Part shown: positions 54,106-63,476 of the stretch, one piece after another
How the letters are laid out: every line of letters starts with the position of its first letter
How positions within the stretch are numbered: position 1 is the first letter of the stretch
Assembly (NCBI GenBank): GCA_965602015.1
Contig: OZ271918.1
Location: 3,136,001 to 3,200,000 of the forward strand
Direction of reading: 5' to 3'
From: Salinispira sp.
GTDB taxonomy: Bacteria > Spirochaetota > Spirochaetia > DSM-27196 > Salinispiraceae
Length of the DNA stretch: 64,000 nt
Translations under genes and position numbers: made by a program
The notes under the pieces: model-generated
What the model was told of the DNA's origin: nothing
Database searches by the model: none
Seen by the model: only the letters and a program-made list of their open reading frames with translations

Positions 54106-55542
54106 ATGAAAATCCTAATCGTAGACGATGAGAAAAACATACGGGATTCCCTTGCCCAACTTTTGGAAATCGAAGGGTATTCCGCCGATAAAGCGGATCA
54201 CGCAATCAGCGCCCGCGAACTGCTTAGCAGCGTCACATACTCCTGTGTCCTCCTCGATCTAAGGATGCCCGACATCGACGGTCTGGAACTTCTCGCTTGG
54301 ATAGTCGAGCGCGGCATAACGGCGCCGGTGATGATGATGTCGGCTCACGGGGAAATCTCCGACGCAGTCAAAGCCCTGCAAATCGGCGCCCGGGATTATA
54401 TGGTTAAGCCATTTGATTTTGAAGAACTTTTGCTGCGCATTCAACGGGTCATCGAGTTTCACGTACTGGAAAACCAGATAAGGGCGGGAAAGTTCGCTTA
54501 CCTGGAGAAGTTCCCGTCGGATCGGGAAATAGATTTGTCCAGGGAACTCAGCCCTAAAATGCTTGAAATCCGAACCATGGTTCGCAAGGCGGCCCCTACC
54601 GAATCAACGGTGCTCATAACCGGCGAAAGCGGGACAGGCAAGGAAGTGATTGCCCGCTCCATCCACACAATGAGTTCCCGTGCCGAGGGGCCATTCGTGC
54701 CGGTAAATATCGCCGGCATCCCCGAATCCCTACTGGAAAGCGAGCTCTTCGGCTATGAGAAAGGCGCTTTTACCGGCGCTGAAACACGGAGACCGGGGAT
54801 TTTTGAAGCGGCGGAAGGGGGAACCGTATTCCTGGACGAGATCGGAGAAATGCCTCCCATGCTTCAGGCGAAGCTGCTGAGGGTGCTGCAGGAGAGAAAA
54901 ATTCGCCGGATAGGTTCTACTCACGAGCTGGCGGTGGATATCAGAATTCTTGCGGCGACGAATCGGGACCTTGAAGCCATGGTACAGCAGTCCGAGTTCC
55001 GCGAGGATCTTTTCTATCGCCTCAACGTTGTGAGAATCTCCTTGCCGCCCCTGCGGGAGCGCTCCAGGGAAATACCAGGGCTCATCGGTTCTCTTCTGGT
55101 AAAAATCTGCGGAAAACTCGGACGGCCAATCCCCGAAATCGAACAAGGCGCTATAGACAGACTCATGGCATACGATTATCCCGGTAACATCCGCGAACTG
55201 GAAAACCTTCTCGAGCGGGCGCTGATTCTCAGTGAAGGCGGCAATATAGGCCCGGCGGATTTCCCCGGATTGCCCCATCCCTCGAAGCCCGTGTCGTACG
55301 CTTCTTCCACAAAACCACATCGCTATGTCTCGCCGGAGGACGGCCGAACCGGTACCCCGGTCCGGCACAACGAGAACGGAGTTTTCGAAGGCAGCCTGAA
55401 AGATGTGGAGCGAAGGGCAATAGCCTATGCGCTGGAGAAAAACCGGGGCAACCGAAGTCACAGCGCGTCGGATCTTGGAATTAGCAGGAAAACCCTTATC
55501 GCCAAAATCCGGGAATACGGGCTCGAAAATATCGGTGGATAG
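54106..55542 (+). CDS. Sigma54-dependent response regulator (NtrC/ZraR family)
   Basis: Receiver VDDE/LDLRMP; GESGTGKE, GAFTGA, FLDEIGE, QAKLLRVLQE, FREDLFYRL, PGNIREL.N; Fis-type HTH. Confidence 0.97.
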   Translation: MKILIVDDEKNIRDSLAQLLEIEGYSADKADHAISARELLSSVTYSCVLLDLRMPDIDGLELLAWIVERGITAPVMMMSAHGEISDAVKALQIGARDYMVKPFDFEELLLRIQRVIEFHVLENQIRAGKFAYLEKFPSDREIDLSRELSPKMLEIRTMVRKAAPTESTVLITGESGTGKEVIARSIHTMSSRAEGPFVPVNIAGIPESLLESELFGYEKGAFTGAETRRPGIFEAAEGGTVFLDEIGEMPPMLQAKLLRVLQERKIRRIGSTHELAVDIRILAATNRDLEAMVQQSEFREDLFYRLNVVRISLPPLRERSREIPGLIGSLLVKICGKLGRPIPEIEQGAIDRLMAYDYPGNIRELENLLERALILSEGGNIGPADFPGLPHPSKPVSYASSTKPHRYVSPEDGRTGTPVRHNENGVFEGSLKDVERRAIAYALEKNRGNRSHSASDLGISRKTLIAKIREYGLENIGG

Positions 55543-55543
55543 G

Positions 55544-56548
55544 CTATACCACGTCTTTAAACATGGTGTCCGCCCGGTTCACCACATCTTCATAGGACAT
55601 GTTCGACACCTCCACCACATCGCCCCGAATCTGCACGCCCTTATCGAGAAAGGCCGGTTCGAAAAGGTCAGGTTCGTCGGAAATTCGCCGAACGTATTCC
55701 GCGCCGTCGGCCTGTGACGACCCGGGCAGCACGCACAAGAACCCGTTCACATGCACCCTTCCGATGTAGTCGTACAGCCGGCTCTTGTTTCTGATGATAT
55801 AGGCGACTTTCTTCAACAGGACTTCACCTGAGTGATGGCCAAGAGTCCTGACGGCCTGGGAATAATTCGCTACGCTGAGCACCACTACCGCCAAGTCGCT
55901 GCGTTCCCGGCTGCAGCGCAGCTGTTCGGCCTTGAGGAGCTCAAGAATACGTTTGCGGTTGTACAAACCGGTAAGACTGTCCTGGGTCTTTGACTTTTCG
56001 AGTTCGCTTTCCAGGTTCGCGATGCGGTTATGAAGCACCCGGACTATGGCGATCATCATGATGCCGGTAAAAAGAATATTAAAGATAAAGTCGAACTGCC
56101 GCTCATAGGCGAATGCATACTGCCTGTTAAGTTCAAAACCCTCAGGCTCCCAGAAAATTAGAAATACCACCAGGGCCAGGAATAGTCCGGTCGAAGGAAT
56201 GAGCACGGCCATCCGGTCGATCAGGATGACCATCATAGCCAGAATGAGCAGGAAGTACAGAACCACCGGCCCCTCGAATCCGTGACCCGAAATCCATATG
56301 GCGGGGAAGAGCACAAAGCTGTAGAGGAAGACGGTCAGACCCCTCAGGACGCCGTCACGGGCAAGCACCCGCGACAGAAAAAGCATAATCACTGAAATCA
56401 GCGACCAGACCAGGGGAAGAATGACGGTTATCAGCACATCGCCCTGCATCAGTTCAAGCAAGGCTATAACAACGCCTCCAAAACCGCCGAAGGCGAGGAG
56501 GACCTGTAGGAGAAAGGATGGTTTCCTGTGGCGAGGCTCAAGCTGCAT
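55544..56548 (-). CDS. Membrane protein with degenerate GGDEF domain
   Basis: 5-6 TM; DSLTGLYNR, GH..GE..L; A-site reads RVHVNGF instead of R.GGDEF. Confidence 0.8.
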   Translation of the reverse strand: MQLEPRHRKPSFLLQVLLAFGGFGGVVIALLELMQGDVLITVILPLVWSLISVIMLFLSRVLARDGVLRGLTVFLYSFVLFPAIWISGHGFEGPVVLYFLLILAMMVILIDRMAVLIPSTGLFLALVVFLIFWEPEGFELNRQYAFAYERQFDFIFNILFTGIMMIAIVRVLHNRIANLESELEKSKTQDSLTGLYNRKRILELLKAEQLRCSRERSDLAVVVLSVANYSQAVRTLGHHSGEVLLKKVAYIIRNKSRLYDYIGRVHVNGFLCVLPGSSQADGAEYVRRISDEPDLFEPAFLDKGVQIRGDVVEVSNMSYEDVVNRADTMFKDVV

Positions 56549-56603
56549 GTCGTATTGATAATATCACCAAAACCATGGCTTTCACATAAATATCATCAAT
56601 TTT

Positions 56604-56639
56604 AAAAAAAGGGGCTGTCCAAACTTCCTGGACAGCCCC
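56604..56639 (-). terminator. Intrinsic terminator after the pullulanase gene
   Basis: GGGGCTGTCCA-aacttcc-TGGACAGCCCC with a T-tract on the minus strand. Confidence 0.85.
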
Positions 56640-56661
56640 GTTGTGAGAATGTGTTTACTGC

Positions 56662-59448
56662 TTAGCGAACTACCAAGAGTGCGGGTGTGAGGGGCTCGAG
56701 GGTTACCGAGCTTCCGTTGATTTCTACACCTCTGACATTGGCAATGCCGTCTGCCGAAGCGCCAATCTGGTCCACCAGTACTTGGGCGCCGCTGACATCA
56801 GCGCCGAGCTCGAGAGTCTGTGAGCTCGTATCGGCGTTCACCAGGATGTAGAAGGTCTCTCCGCCCCTGGTGAGGCTGTATGAAAGCAGGAAGTCGCCGC
56901 TTTGGGGAATGAATTCCGCCGCCGCATCTACTTCCGCCATGGTCGCCAGCCGGAAAATATCATTTTCCCTGCGGATATCGATGAGTCCGAAGGTAAACTC
57001 CCGAAGCTCCTCGTATTCCGGAGCAAGGTCCCAGATGAACTGGTTGATATTATCGGAGGAGTCATAGCTGTTGCGCACAAATCGGCCGATGGTCTCGCTC
57101 GGGCTGTTGTTTACGTTGGGTTTCGTTCTGCCGCTTTCCTGGCCGGCATGGATGAACGGAATACCTTGAGCGGTGATGATCATAAAATTACCCAGCTTTG
57201 CCCGCTGCGCGATTTCCCTGCGGCCCGCGGAGGTTTGGTTGCTGATGCCCACATTATGGGCGATGCTGTCCGCCAGGGTAAGACCGTCGTGCGCTGCAAT
57301 GTACAGCATGCTGTCGCCAGGATCGTCGGCGGTGTAGTTGCTCTGAGGCTGTCCGATGAGGTTGCGGAAGATCGGCATTGCCGCCCGGGAACCGCCGGTA
57401 ATAAAGGCCTGGGTTTCCTCGTTGAATCCGCCGCCCTTGAGCAGGTCGCGGATTTCGTCGTTAAACACCGCAATGTTGTCAGTGTCGGTCATGTAATCCT
57501 GATCGGTACCCCGGGTTCCCGAAGGCCCGTTGTACATCTTCCACCCCTCGCCCTCGAAGAGCACGTCGGGCTTAATGGCAGCGGCGACGGCATATGCCTC
57601 TTCCATGGTTTCGGTATCGGTGAGTCCCATGAGGTCGAAGCGGAAACCGTCGATCTTGTACTCGGAAACCAGATAGCGAACGCTGTCTACGATAAGCTTG
57701 CGGGCCATTTTCCGCGCCGAGGCATAGTCGTTGCCGACGCCGGATGCGGAGGTAAAGGTACCGTTTGCCGCTCGACGGAAGAAGTATCCGGGAACTATGT
57801 GCTCGAGGAAGTTGGTGCTGCCCATGTGATTATACACAACATCAAGCAGAACCCGCAGGCCCGCATCGTGAGCGGCTTTGACCAGGTTCTTAAGCTCTAC
57901 AACCCGCGCATAGGGATCGGCGGGGTCAGAGGAAAACCAGCCTTCCGGGGTGAAGTAGCTGTGGGGGTCGTAACCCCAGTTGTAATTGCTGTTGGTGGTG
58001 CGGCCGCTTCCGTCATAGGATTTGTCGGTCTCATCGGTGTAGTAGAAATTCAGGGTCGGAAGAAGCTGAATGTGGGTCACGCCCATTTCGACCAGATAGG
58101 GCAGTTTTTCAATAAAGGCGGTGTAGCTGCCCGGCTCGCCTTGAACATCGGCGTCGGGGCTGATGGTAAAGTCACGGATGCTCACTTCGTAAATAACCGC
58201 ATCTTCCCGTTTCTGGTAGTAGCCGTTGTCCCGGGCGTTTTCAAGGCCTTCCCATCCGCCGGTGGGCAGAGCTCTGGCGGGATCGATGATTGCGCCGCGG
58301 CCGTTTCCACCCTCATTCATATAGGCGTCCATACTGAGCGCATAGGGATCAAGGGCATCGCGGACGATTCCCTCGGCATGCTTGATTCGGTAGATGTAGA
58401 ACAGTCCGTCGGGATCCTGCTCATCGTACACCGCCGACCATACGCCGGTATCGGCATCCATGGTCATGGGAACTTCCGCAATAGCGGGAGTGTTCCGGTC
58501 AACGGCAATACTCTCGGCGTACAGAACCGCAGTGATTTCCTGAGCGAAGGGAGACCAGACGCGGAACTCAACCGAACCCTCGTTGTAGATGGCACCGAGC
58601 TGATAGTCCTTGTCGGGCGTGGTATCGTCGATGGCGGACAACAGCAGCTTCGCCAGATCAACATCCTCGGGAGCCAGGTACTCGGGATGGCTGATAGTGT
58701 AGGTCTGCCCCAGGTCAAGATCGTTTGCCAGGCGGACGAAGATGTTCGAGGTGTAGTTCTTCGAGCGGTCGTTGATGGATCGCATGTTGAGAACGTCGGC
58801 GATTTCCACAGTGCTGCCGTCTCCGGCGGTAATCACGAAGCCGTTTGCGCTGGGTTCGGGTGTCAGGGCCTGACGGCCGGAAAGACTGACCCGCAGCAGA
58901 TTGGTTTCTTCAGCGATGACTGCCCGGAATTCCGGCACGTAGTCGCCGATTGCGGTGGGCTCAAGGGTATCTTCGAAAAGGACGACTTCGTTACCCTTGG
59001 TGAGCACGTTCCAAAGCAGGTCAGGAGTCTGACCTTCCCAGCCGGAATCAGGACGGCGGATAAAGCCGATCTCGCCGGCGGTGTTTACCGGATTTTGTCC
59101 GATATCCGACCCGTCGGCCTTGAACTTGAGGAAACCGACCCCGTCGATAACCTCCAGGTTCTGGCTGAAGTCGTAGTTCAGAGAACCGTCGCCTTCACCG
59201 GGCGCCCAGAGCCAAAAACCCCAGGGCTCGTAGTCTTCATCGGCCCGGTAGTAGTAGATGACGATTTCATCGTCGGCAGGATTGACCTGTTCGGCCACTG
59301 CCGCAACTCGAGGCATCGCGGGATGCCCTTTGACTTCAATGGTGCCTGGTTCGGCCTGGAGCTCACCGGAAACGTTTCCAGTTGCACATGAGGCCAGAAC
59401 CAGTAAAAGGACGAGCAGCGCGCCGGCTGCTGCGGACCATTTACGCAT
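56662..59448 (-). CDS. pulA: Pullulanase (GH13) lipoprotein with CBM41/CBM48-like domains
   Basis: Lipobox LASC; YYR.D..Y..WG.WLW; LGA.Y, FRVWSP, DPYA, YNWGYDP, DVVYNH, DGFRFDLMG, GEGW, AHD. Confidence 0.93.
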   Translation of the reverse strand: MRKWSAAAGALLVLLLVLASCATGNVSGELQAEPGTIEVKGHPAMPRVAAVAEQVNPADDEIVIYYYRADEDYEPWGFWLWAPGEGDGSLNYDFSQNLEVIDGVGFLKFKADGSDIGQNPVNTAGEIGFIRRPDSGWEGQTPDLLWNVLTKGNEVVLFEDTLEPTAIGDYVPEFRAVIAEETNLLRVSLSGRQALTPEPSANGFVITAGDGSTVEIADVLNMRSINDRSKNYTSNIFVRLANDLDLGQTYTISHPEYLAPEDVDLAKLLLSAIDDTTPDKDYQLGAIYNEGSVEFRVWSPFAQEITAVLYAESIAVDRNTPAIAEVPMTMDADTGVWSAVYDEQDPDGLFYIYRIKHAEGIVRDALDPYALSMDAYMNEGGNGRGAIIDPARALPTGGWEGLENARDNGYYQKREDAVIYEVSIRDFTISPDADVQGEPGSYTAFIEKLPYLVEMGVTHIQLLPTLNFYYTDETDKSYDGSGRTTNSNYNWGYDPHSYFTPEGWFSSDPADPYARVVELKNLVKAAHDAGLRVLLDVVYNHMGSTNFLEHIVPGYFFRRAANGTFTSASGVGNDYASARKMARKLIVDSVRYLVSEYKIDGFRFDLMGLTDTETMEEAYAVAAAIKPDVLFEGEGWKMYNGPSGTRGTDQDYMTDTDNIAVFNDEIRDLLKGGGFNEETQAFITGGSRAAMPIFRNLIGQPQSNYTADDPGDSMLYIAAHDGLTLADSIAHNVGISNQTSAGRREIAQRAKLGNFMIITAQGIPFIHAGQESGRTKPNVNNSPSETIGRFVRNSYDSSDNINQFIWDLAPEYEELREFTFGLIDIRRENDIFRLATMAEVDAAAEFIPQSGDFLLSYSLTRGGETFYILVNADTSSQTLELGADVSGAQVLVDQIGASADGIANVRGVEINGSSVTLEPLTPALLVVR

Positions 59449-59510
59449 ATATTACCCCCATAATATAATTCTGAGTAAGCCATGATAGGGTGATTATTTT
59501 CTGAGGTCAA

Positions 59511-60530
59511 ATGAAAAATACTGAAATTCGCCAACTCGATTCACATGACGGAAATTTCATTGAGCAGGTCCTGGCATGGGCCGCCAAATGGAGGGAAACC
59601 GCACCGGAGAGCACCGCTCCTGCGGAGTTGCTGTATATAATTGAAGACTGGGGACTTCGAGAAGGGGATTTGGCGTATGGCGCCTTTGATGAGGAAGACG
59701 GTTCGTTCCTGGGCGGAGTTTTCCTCCGCTTTTGGAAGGCCGATCACCATTCTTACGGCTTCATTGCCGAGGACATCCCCGAGCTCGGCATAGCCCTGTC
59801 TCCCCAGGCGCGTAACCGGGGGATCGGCTCCATGCTGATGACCCGGATACTTGACGAGGTGCTGCAGCTCTGCGCCGAGGGAAACATGCCCCGCGCCGAG
59901 ATCAGCCTGAGCGTGGAAAGCAAAAATCATAAAGCCATCGGTCTTTACACCCGACTTGGTTTCCAGTCCCGGGAACATCGTGAAACAGACATTCTCATGA
60001 GCTGGAAACCCGGTTTCGAAATCCGGCCCATGGAGCAGGCCGACATCGGCGAAGCGCTGATGGTCTGGAAAAAAAGCCCCGGTGTCTGGATTAACGAGGA
60101 GGGAGAGGACAGCCCCCGGGCAATCGCGGATTTCCTCCGCCACAACCCGGGACTCAGCTTCACAGTGCGCATGAGCGCCGTCAATCCCGCAAAATATGAG
60201 CACGCAGAAGGCGGGGAAAACTCCGCACGGAAGAGGACTACCGCCGCTCATGCGCTCCGGCCGGGCTCGCCAATGGCCGGGGCAGTGATATGCGGATGCG
60301 ACGGCAGGCGCGGCTACGTTCACCACCTCGCGGTACTGCCGGCCTTCCGGAATCGGGGAATAGGCAGTGCCCTGCTGGACAGGATCCGCGAAGCTCTGGC
60401 GGCGCAAAAGATCAGGAAAATGCACCTCTTTGTTTTTCAGTCTAACAACAGCGCGATATCGTTCTATCGGAGGCTCAAGTGGCAATACCGGGATGATCTG
60501 GCGATGTTTTCCATGCCAATCGAGGAATGA
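59511..60530 (+). CDS. Tandem GNAT acetyltransferase
   Basis: Two GNAT domains (PELGIAL...RNRGIG...N.AI.LY.RLGF; DGRRGYVHHLAV...RNRGIG...N..A..FY). Confidence 0.88.
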   Translation: MKNTEIRQLDSHDGNFIEQVLAWAAKWRETAPESTAPAELLYIIEDWGLREGDLAYGAFDEEDGSFLGGVFLRFWKADHHSYGFIAEDIPELGIALSPQARNRGIGSMLMTRILDEVLQLCAEGNMPRAEISLSVESKNHKAIGLYTRLGFQSREHRETDILMSWKPGFEIRPMEQADIGEALMVWKKSPGVWINEEGEDSPRAIADFLRHNPGLSFTVRMSAVNPAKYEHAEGGENSARKRTTAAHALRPGSPMAGAVICGCDGRRGYVHHLAVLPAFRNRGIGSALLDRIREALAAQKIRKMHLFVFQSNNSAISFYRRLKWQYRDDLAMFSMPIEE

Positions 60531-61671
60531 CGATTACCAGGACCAGCAGTATCACCAGAAGTATCATGGTGGGGATAAACGCGAGTTCGATCCGGATATC
60601 CCCCAGGCGCCCCATTATGGGCATGGTCAAGCCCGCGCCGAGGCCCGTAAGGGCATAGGTCATTCCGTTAAACAGCCCCCGCTGATCGGCCTGGAGCCGG
60701 CTGTTGGCATACTTCTGGATTACGGGAAACACCGGTCCGAATGCGGCTCCCGCGGCAACGAAGAGCCAGGGAGATAAGCCGAGACTCCATAACAACACTG
60801 CGATAAAACCCAGGACGGCGCTCAGGGCGGGAAGCCGCAAGGCGCCGAGCCTGGCCGCCAATGCATCGGAGACAAAGCGGGTGACGGTAAACGAAAACCA
60901 GAACAGAATCAGAACATTCCCGGCGAACAGTTCGCTTCTCCCATAACCCAGGACCATCATCAATCCGCTAAGATTACTAGTGCCGATTTCCACCGCTGCA
61001 TACGCTGCAAAGGCCAAGAGTGACAATACCACCAGGGGAGTTCGCAGCACGCCGAGCATGCCTTTGAGACTGAGATCCCGGAACTTCTGGTTCTTCAAAT
61101 TTCCATCGAAAAAGTAGGCGAAGAACATGCCGGTTAGAACCGCCGAGTAGGCGAGAAAAAGCCATTGATATCCGAACCCCAGATTAACCGTTTGATTGAG
61201 AAGGGCCGGGGATGTTAATCCGCCCAGGCCAAAGAGAGCGTGGTACACCCCGAAATTTTGAAGGTCGGAGGGCAGGTGGCTGTACACCGTAGCCATCGAC
61301 GTAAAGGCCCAACCGACGCCGACGCCGAGCAGCACGAAGGTCAGGGCGATGGATCCAAAATCCGATGCGAAAAACAGGGCGAAGTTGGCAAGGGCCATCA
61401 GGGCGTACGAACACAGCAGAAGGGTCTTTTGACCGATCCGCGCAATCAGCACTCCGGCAAAAAGATTGGCAATTGTTGTGGTCAGGGTCAGAACTGTGGG
61501 CAGCACCGCCGTCTGAAGCACGCTGAGACCGAGGGAGCGCTGCAAAAAAGGATACAGGGGCATTGTGGTATTGAGGGCCATGGCGACAAAAAAATGCCCC
61601 AACAGTAGCTTATTTCTGACTCCGACGAATCCTCGCTGCGTGTCCACAATTAGGCTCCTGAACTTGCTCAA
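60475..61671 (-). CDS. MFS transporter
   Basis: About 12 TM; G.L..RIG.K and D.L..RLG motif-A-like loops. TTG start after GGAG; start uncertain. Confidence 0.85.
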   Translation of the reverse strand: MSKFRSLIVDTQRGFVGVRNKLLLGHFFVAMALNTTMPLYPFLQRSLGLSVLQTAVLPTVLTLTTTIANLFAGVLIARIGQKTLLLCSYALMALANFALFFASDFGSIALTFVLLGVGVGWAFTSMATVYSHLPSDLQNFGVYHALFGLGGLTSPALLNQTVNLGFGYQWLFLAYSAVLTGMFFAYFFDGNLKNQKFRDLSLKGMLGVLRTPLVVLSLLAFAAYAAVEIGTSNLSGLMMVLGYGRSELFAGNVLILFWFSFTVTRFVSDALAARLGALRLPALSAVLGFIAVLLWSLGLSPWLFVAAGAAFGPVFPVIQKYANSRLQADQRGLFNGMTYALTGLGAGLTMPIMGRLGDIRIELAFIPTMILLVILLVLVIVIPRLAWKTSPDHPGIAT

Positions 61672-61758
61672 TTCTCCGCCGGCGGCGGATGATCATACTA
61701 TCAGAGCCGACGGCTAACAGCTATAGCGCATGGATGTCCGGATGTATATAGTGAGGAA

Positions 61759-63054
61759 ATGTGGAATAAAAATGTGCTGCTGCTCTGGCAGGGTCAGCTG
61801 GTCTCGGCCGTCGGTGACATGGTATACCAGGTGGCCTTGGGTTTCTGGGTGCTCGCCTTTACCGGCTCGACTGCAGTTATGGGACTGGTAATTGCCGCAG
61901 GTTTTATCCCCCGGGCACTTATTTCCCCGTTTGCCGGAGTTTTGGTGGACCGGGCGAACCGGAAACTCCTTTTGGTGCTTATGGATTTTATTCGCGGCGT
62001 GGCAGTCCTTATCGTCGCCCTGGCAGCCTTTGGAGGCTGGCTGAATGTTCCCATTATTGTCACCGCGGCGGTTATCATCGGGCTGTGCGCGGCATTTTTT
62101 GATCCTTCGGTAACCAGCACCATACCCAGCATCGCGAAGCGGGAACACCTGGTCCAGGTCAACTCACTTTTTGCCATTAATCAGACCGGCGCGGGAATCA
62201 TCGGAAACGCTCTGGGGGGAATACTGTTCGCCGCTCTCGGCGCACCAGTGCTCTTCCTCATAAACGGCGTCTCCTACCTGGTGTCGTCGTTCACCGAATT
62301 ATTCATGAGCATCCCGGCGGTAGTCCAGCAAGAGAAGGATTTCCGGTTCTTCACCGATATGAAGCAGGGCCTGAAATTCATCTTTGCTCATCAGGGAATG
62401 GTAGTACTGATGATTTCGGTATTCAGCCTTAACTTCCTGCTCAGTTTGAGCGGGATTCTGTTTCTTCCCTATTTTGACCAGCGCGCCGACCTGGGGCCCG
62501 AGCCCTTCGGCTTCGCCATGGCTATACTGTCTGCTGCGTCGCTGATGGGCTTTTTGACACTCATCGTTAAAAAAATCCCCCGGGGAAAACAGTTTCCCTT
62601 TTTCGCCGTAAGCACCAGTCTTTTTGTGCTGGCCCGGATGAGTCTGTTCAGTTTTGAAAATCTCTATCTTATCTTTCTGCAATTCGCCCTGTTCGGTTTC
62701 TCTGTGAGCATCATCAACAGTCTGATAGGCGCCGCCGGTCAGCTCATGGTACCCGAGCATCTGAGAGGCAAGGTCTTCGGCTTTTTGGGGGCAATGGGAA
62801 CCGGGCTCATGCCCCTGGGCATGGCCCTGGGCGGCGTACTTGCCGAGTACTTTCCGATTCCCGTCATCCAGTTGAGCACGGGTATATTGGTGGGTTTGGG
62901 ATTCATCCCGACCCTGGTAAACCGGGAATTCCGCAGAATGGTTAATCAGGAATTTAATCTCCCCGAAGACCCCACTGGGGATACGCCGCCGGAAGCGACG
63001 CTCACCGACCACAGCCCGGAAGACCGGGCTGCAGCCGCCCCCGGGGAAAACTGA
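61759..63054 (+). CDS. MFS transporter (DHA3/MefA-like)
   Basis: LLWQGQLVS..GD, PFAGVLVDR.NRK.L..D, VPEHLRGKVFG. Confidence 0.9.
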   Translation: MWNKNVLLLWQGQLVSAVGDMVYQVALGFWVLAFTGSTAVMGLVIAAGFIPRALISPFAGVLVDRANRKLLLVLMDFIRGVAVLIVALAAFGGWLNVPIIVTAAVIIGLCAAFFDPSVTSTIPSIAKREHLVQVNSLFAINQTGAGIIGNALGGILFAALGAPVLFLINGVSYLVSSFTELFMSIPAVVQQEKDFRFFTDMKQGLKFIFAHQGMVVLMISVFSLNFLLSLSGILFLPYFDQRADLGPEPFGFAMAILSAASLMGFLTLIVKKIPRGKQFPFFAVSTSLFVLARMSLFSFENLYLIFLQFALFGFSVSIINSLIGAAGQLMVPEHLRGKVFGFLGAMGTGLMPLGMALGGVLAEYFPIPVIQLSTGILVGLGFIPTLVNREFRRMVNQEFNLPEDPTGDTPPEATLTDHSPEDRAAAAPGEN

Positions 63055-63068
63055 CTCTGCGCCCGGGT

Positions 63069-63383
63069 CTATATCCCGTAGCGCTCCATATCGATTTTTA
63101 CGCTCATCCCGCCGCGGGAAACCGTCAGTTCAACTCCTTCTTCCGCCAGCAGCGATGCTTGTTCCTCCATCCCCGCTCCGGCCTTGAGGCGGATGGTTCC
63201 GTCGCCGCCGAGTATCCGGTGCCAGGGCAAATCCATTTGGCTGCTGTAGATGTGTAAAGTGCGAACCACCTGGCGGGCGGCTTTGGGGTTGCCCGCCAGG
63301 GCGGCAATTCTCCCGTACGAGGCAACCCTGCCGCGCGGGACCCGCCGGATTGCGGAAATTATTTTTTCGGTCAACTCTGTCAT
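63069..63383 (-). CDS. Alkyltransferase-like protein (MGMT family, Atl/YbaZ)
   Basis: VP.G.V.SYG.IA..AG.P.AARQV; PWHR (Trp replaces the catalytic Cys); Q..LL.EEGV. Confidence 0.9.
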   Translation of the reverse strand: MTELTEKIISAIRRVPRGRVASYGRIAALAGNPKAARQVVRTLHIYSSQMDLPWHRILGGDGTIRLKAGAGMEEQASLLAEEGVELTVSRGGMSVKIDMERYGI

Positions 63384-63476
63384 ATCAGCTCCTCACAGGG
63401 TAAAGGCGCAGCGGGAATACCCGCAGAATGGACCCGCGGGAAAACCAGCGGAAAAAACCCGCACCGCACCTTCGCC

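Noticed and set aside
56902..59391. 829-aa plus-strand ORF
   Set aside because: Antisense shadow of the pullulanase gene, explained by codon bias; no recognisable motifs or SD
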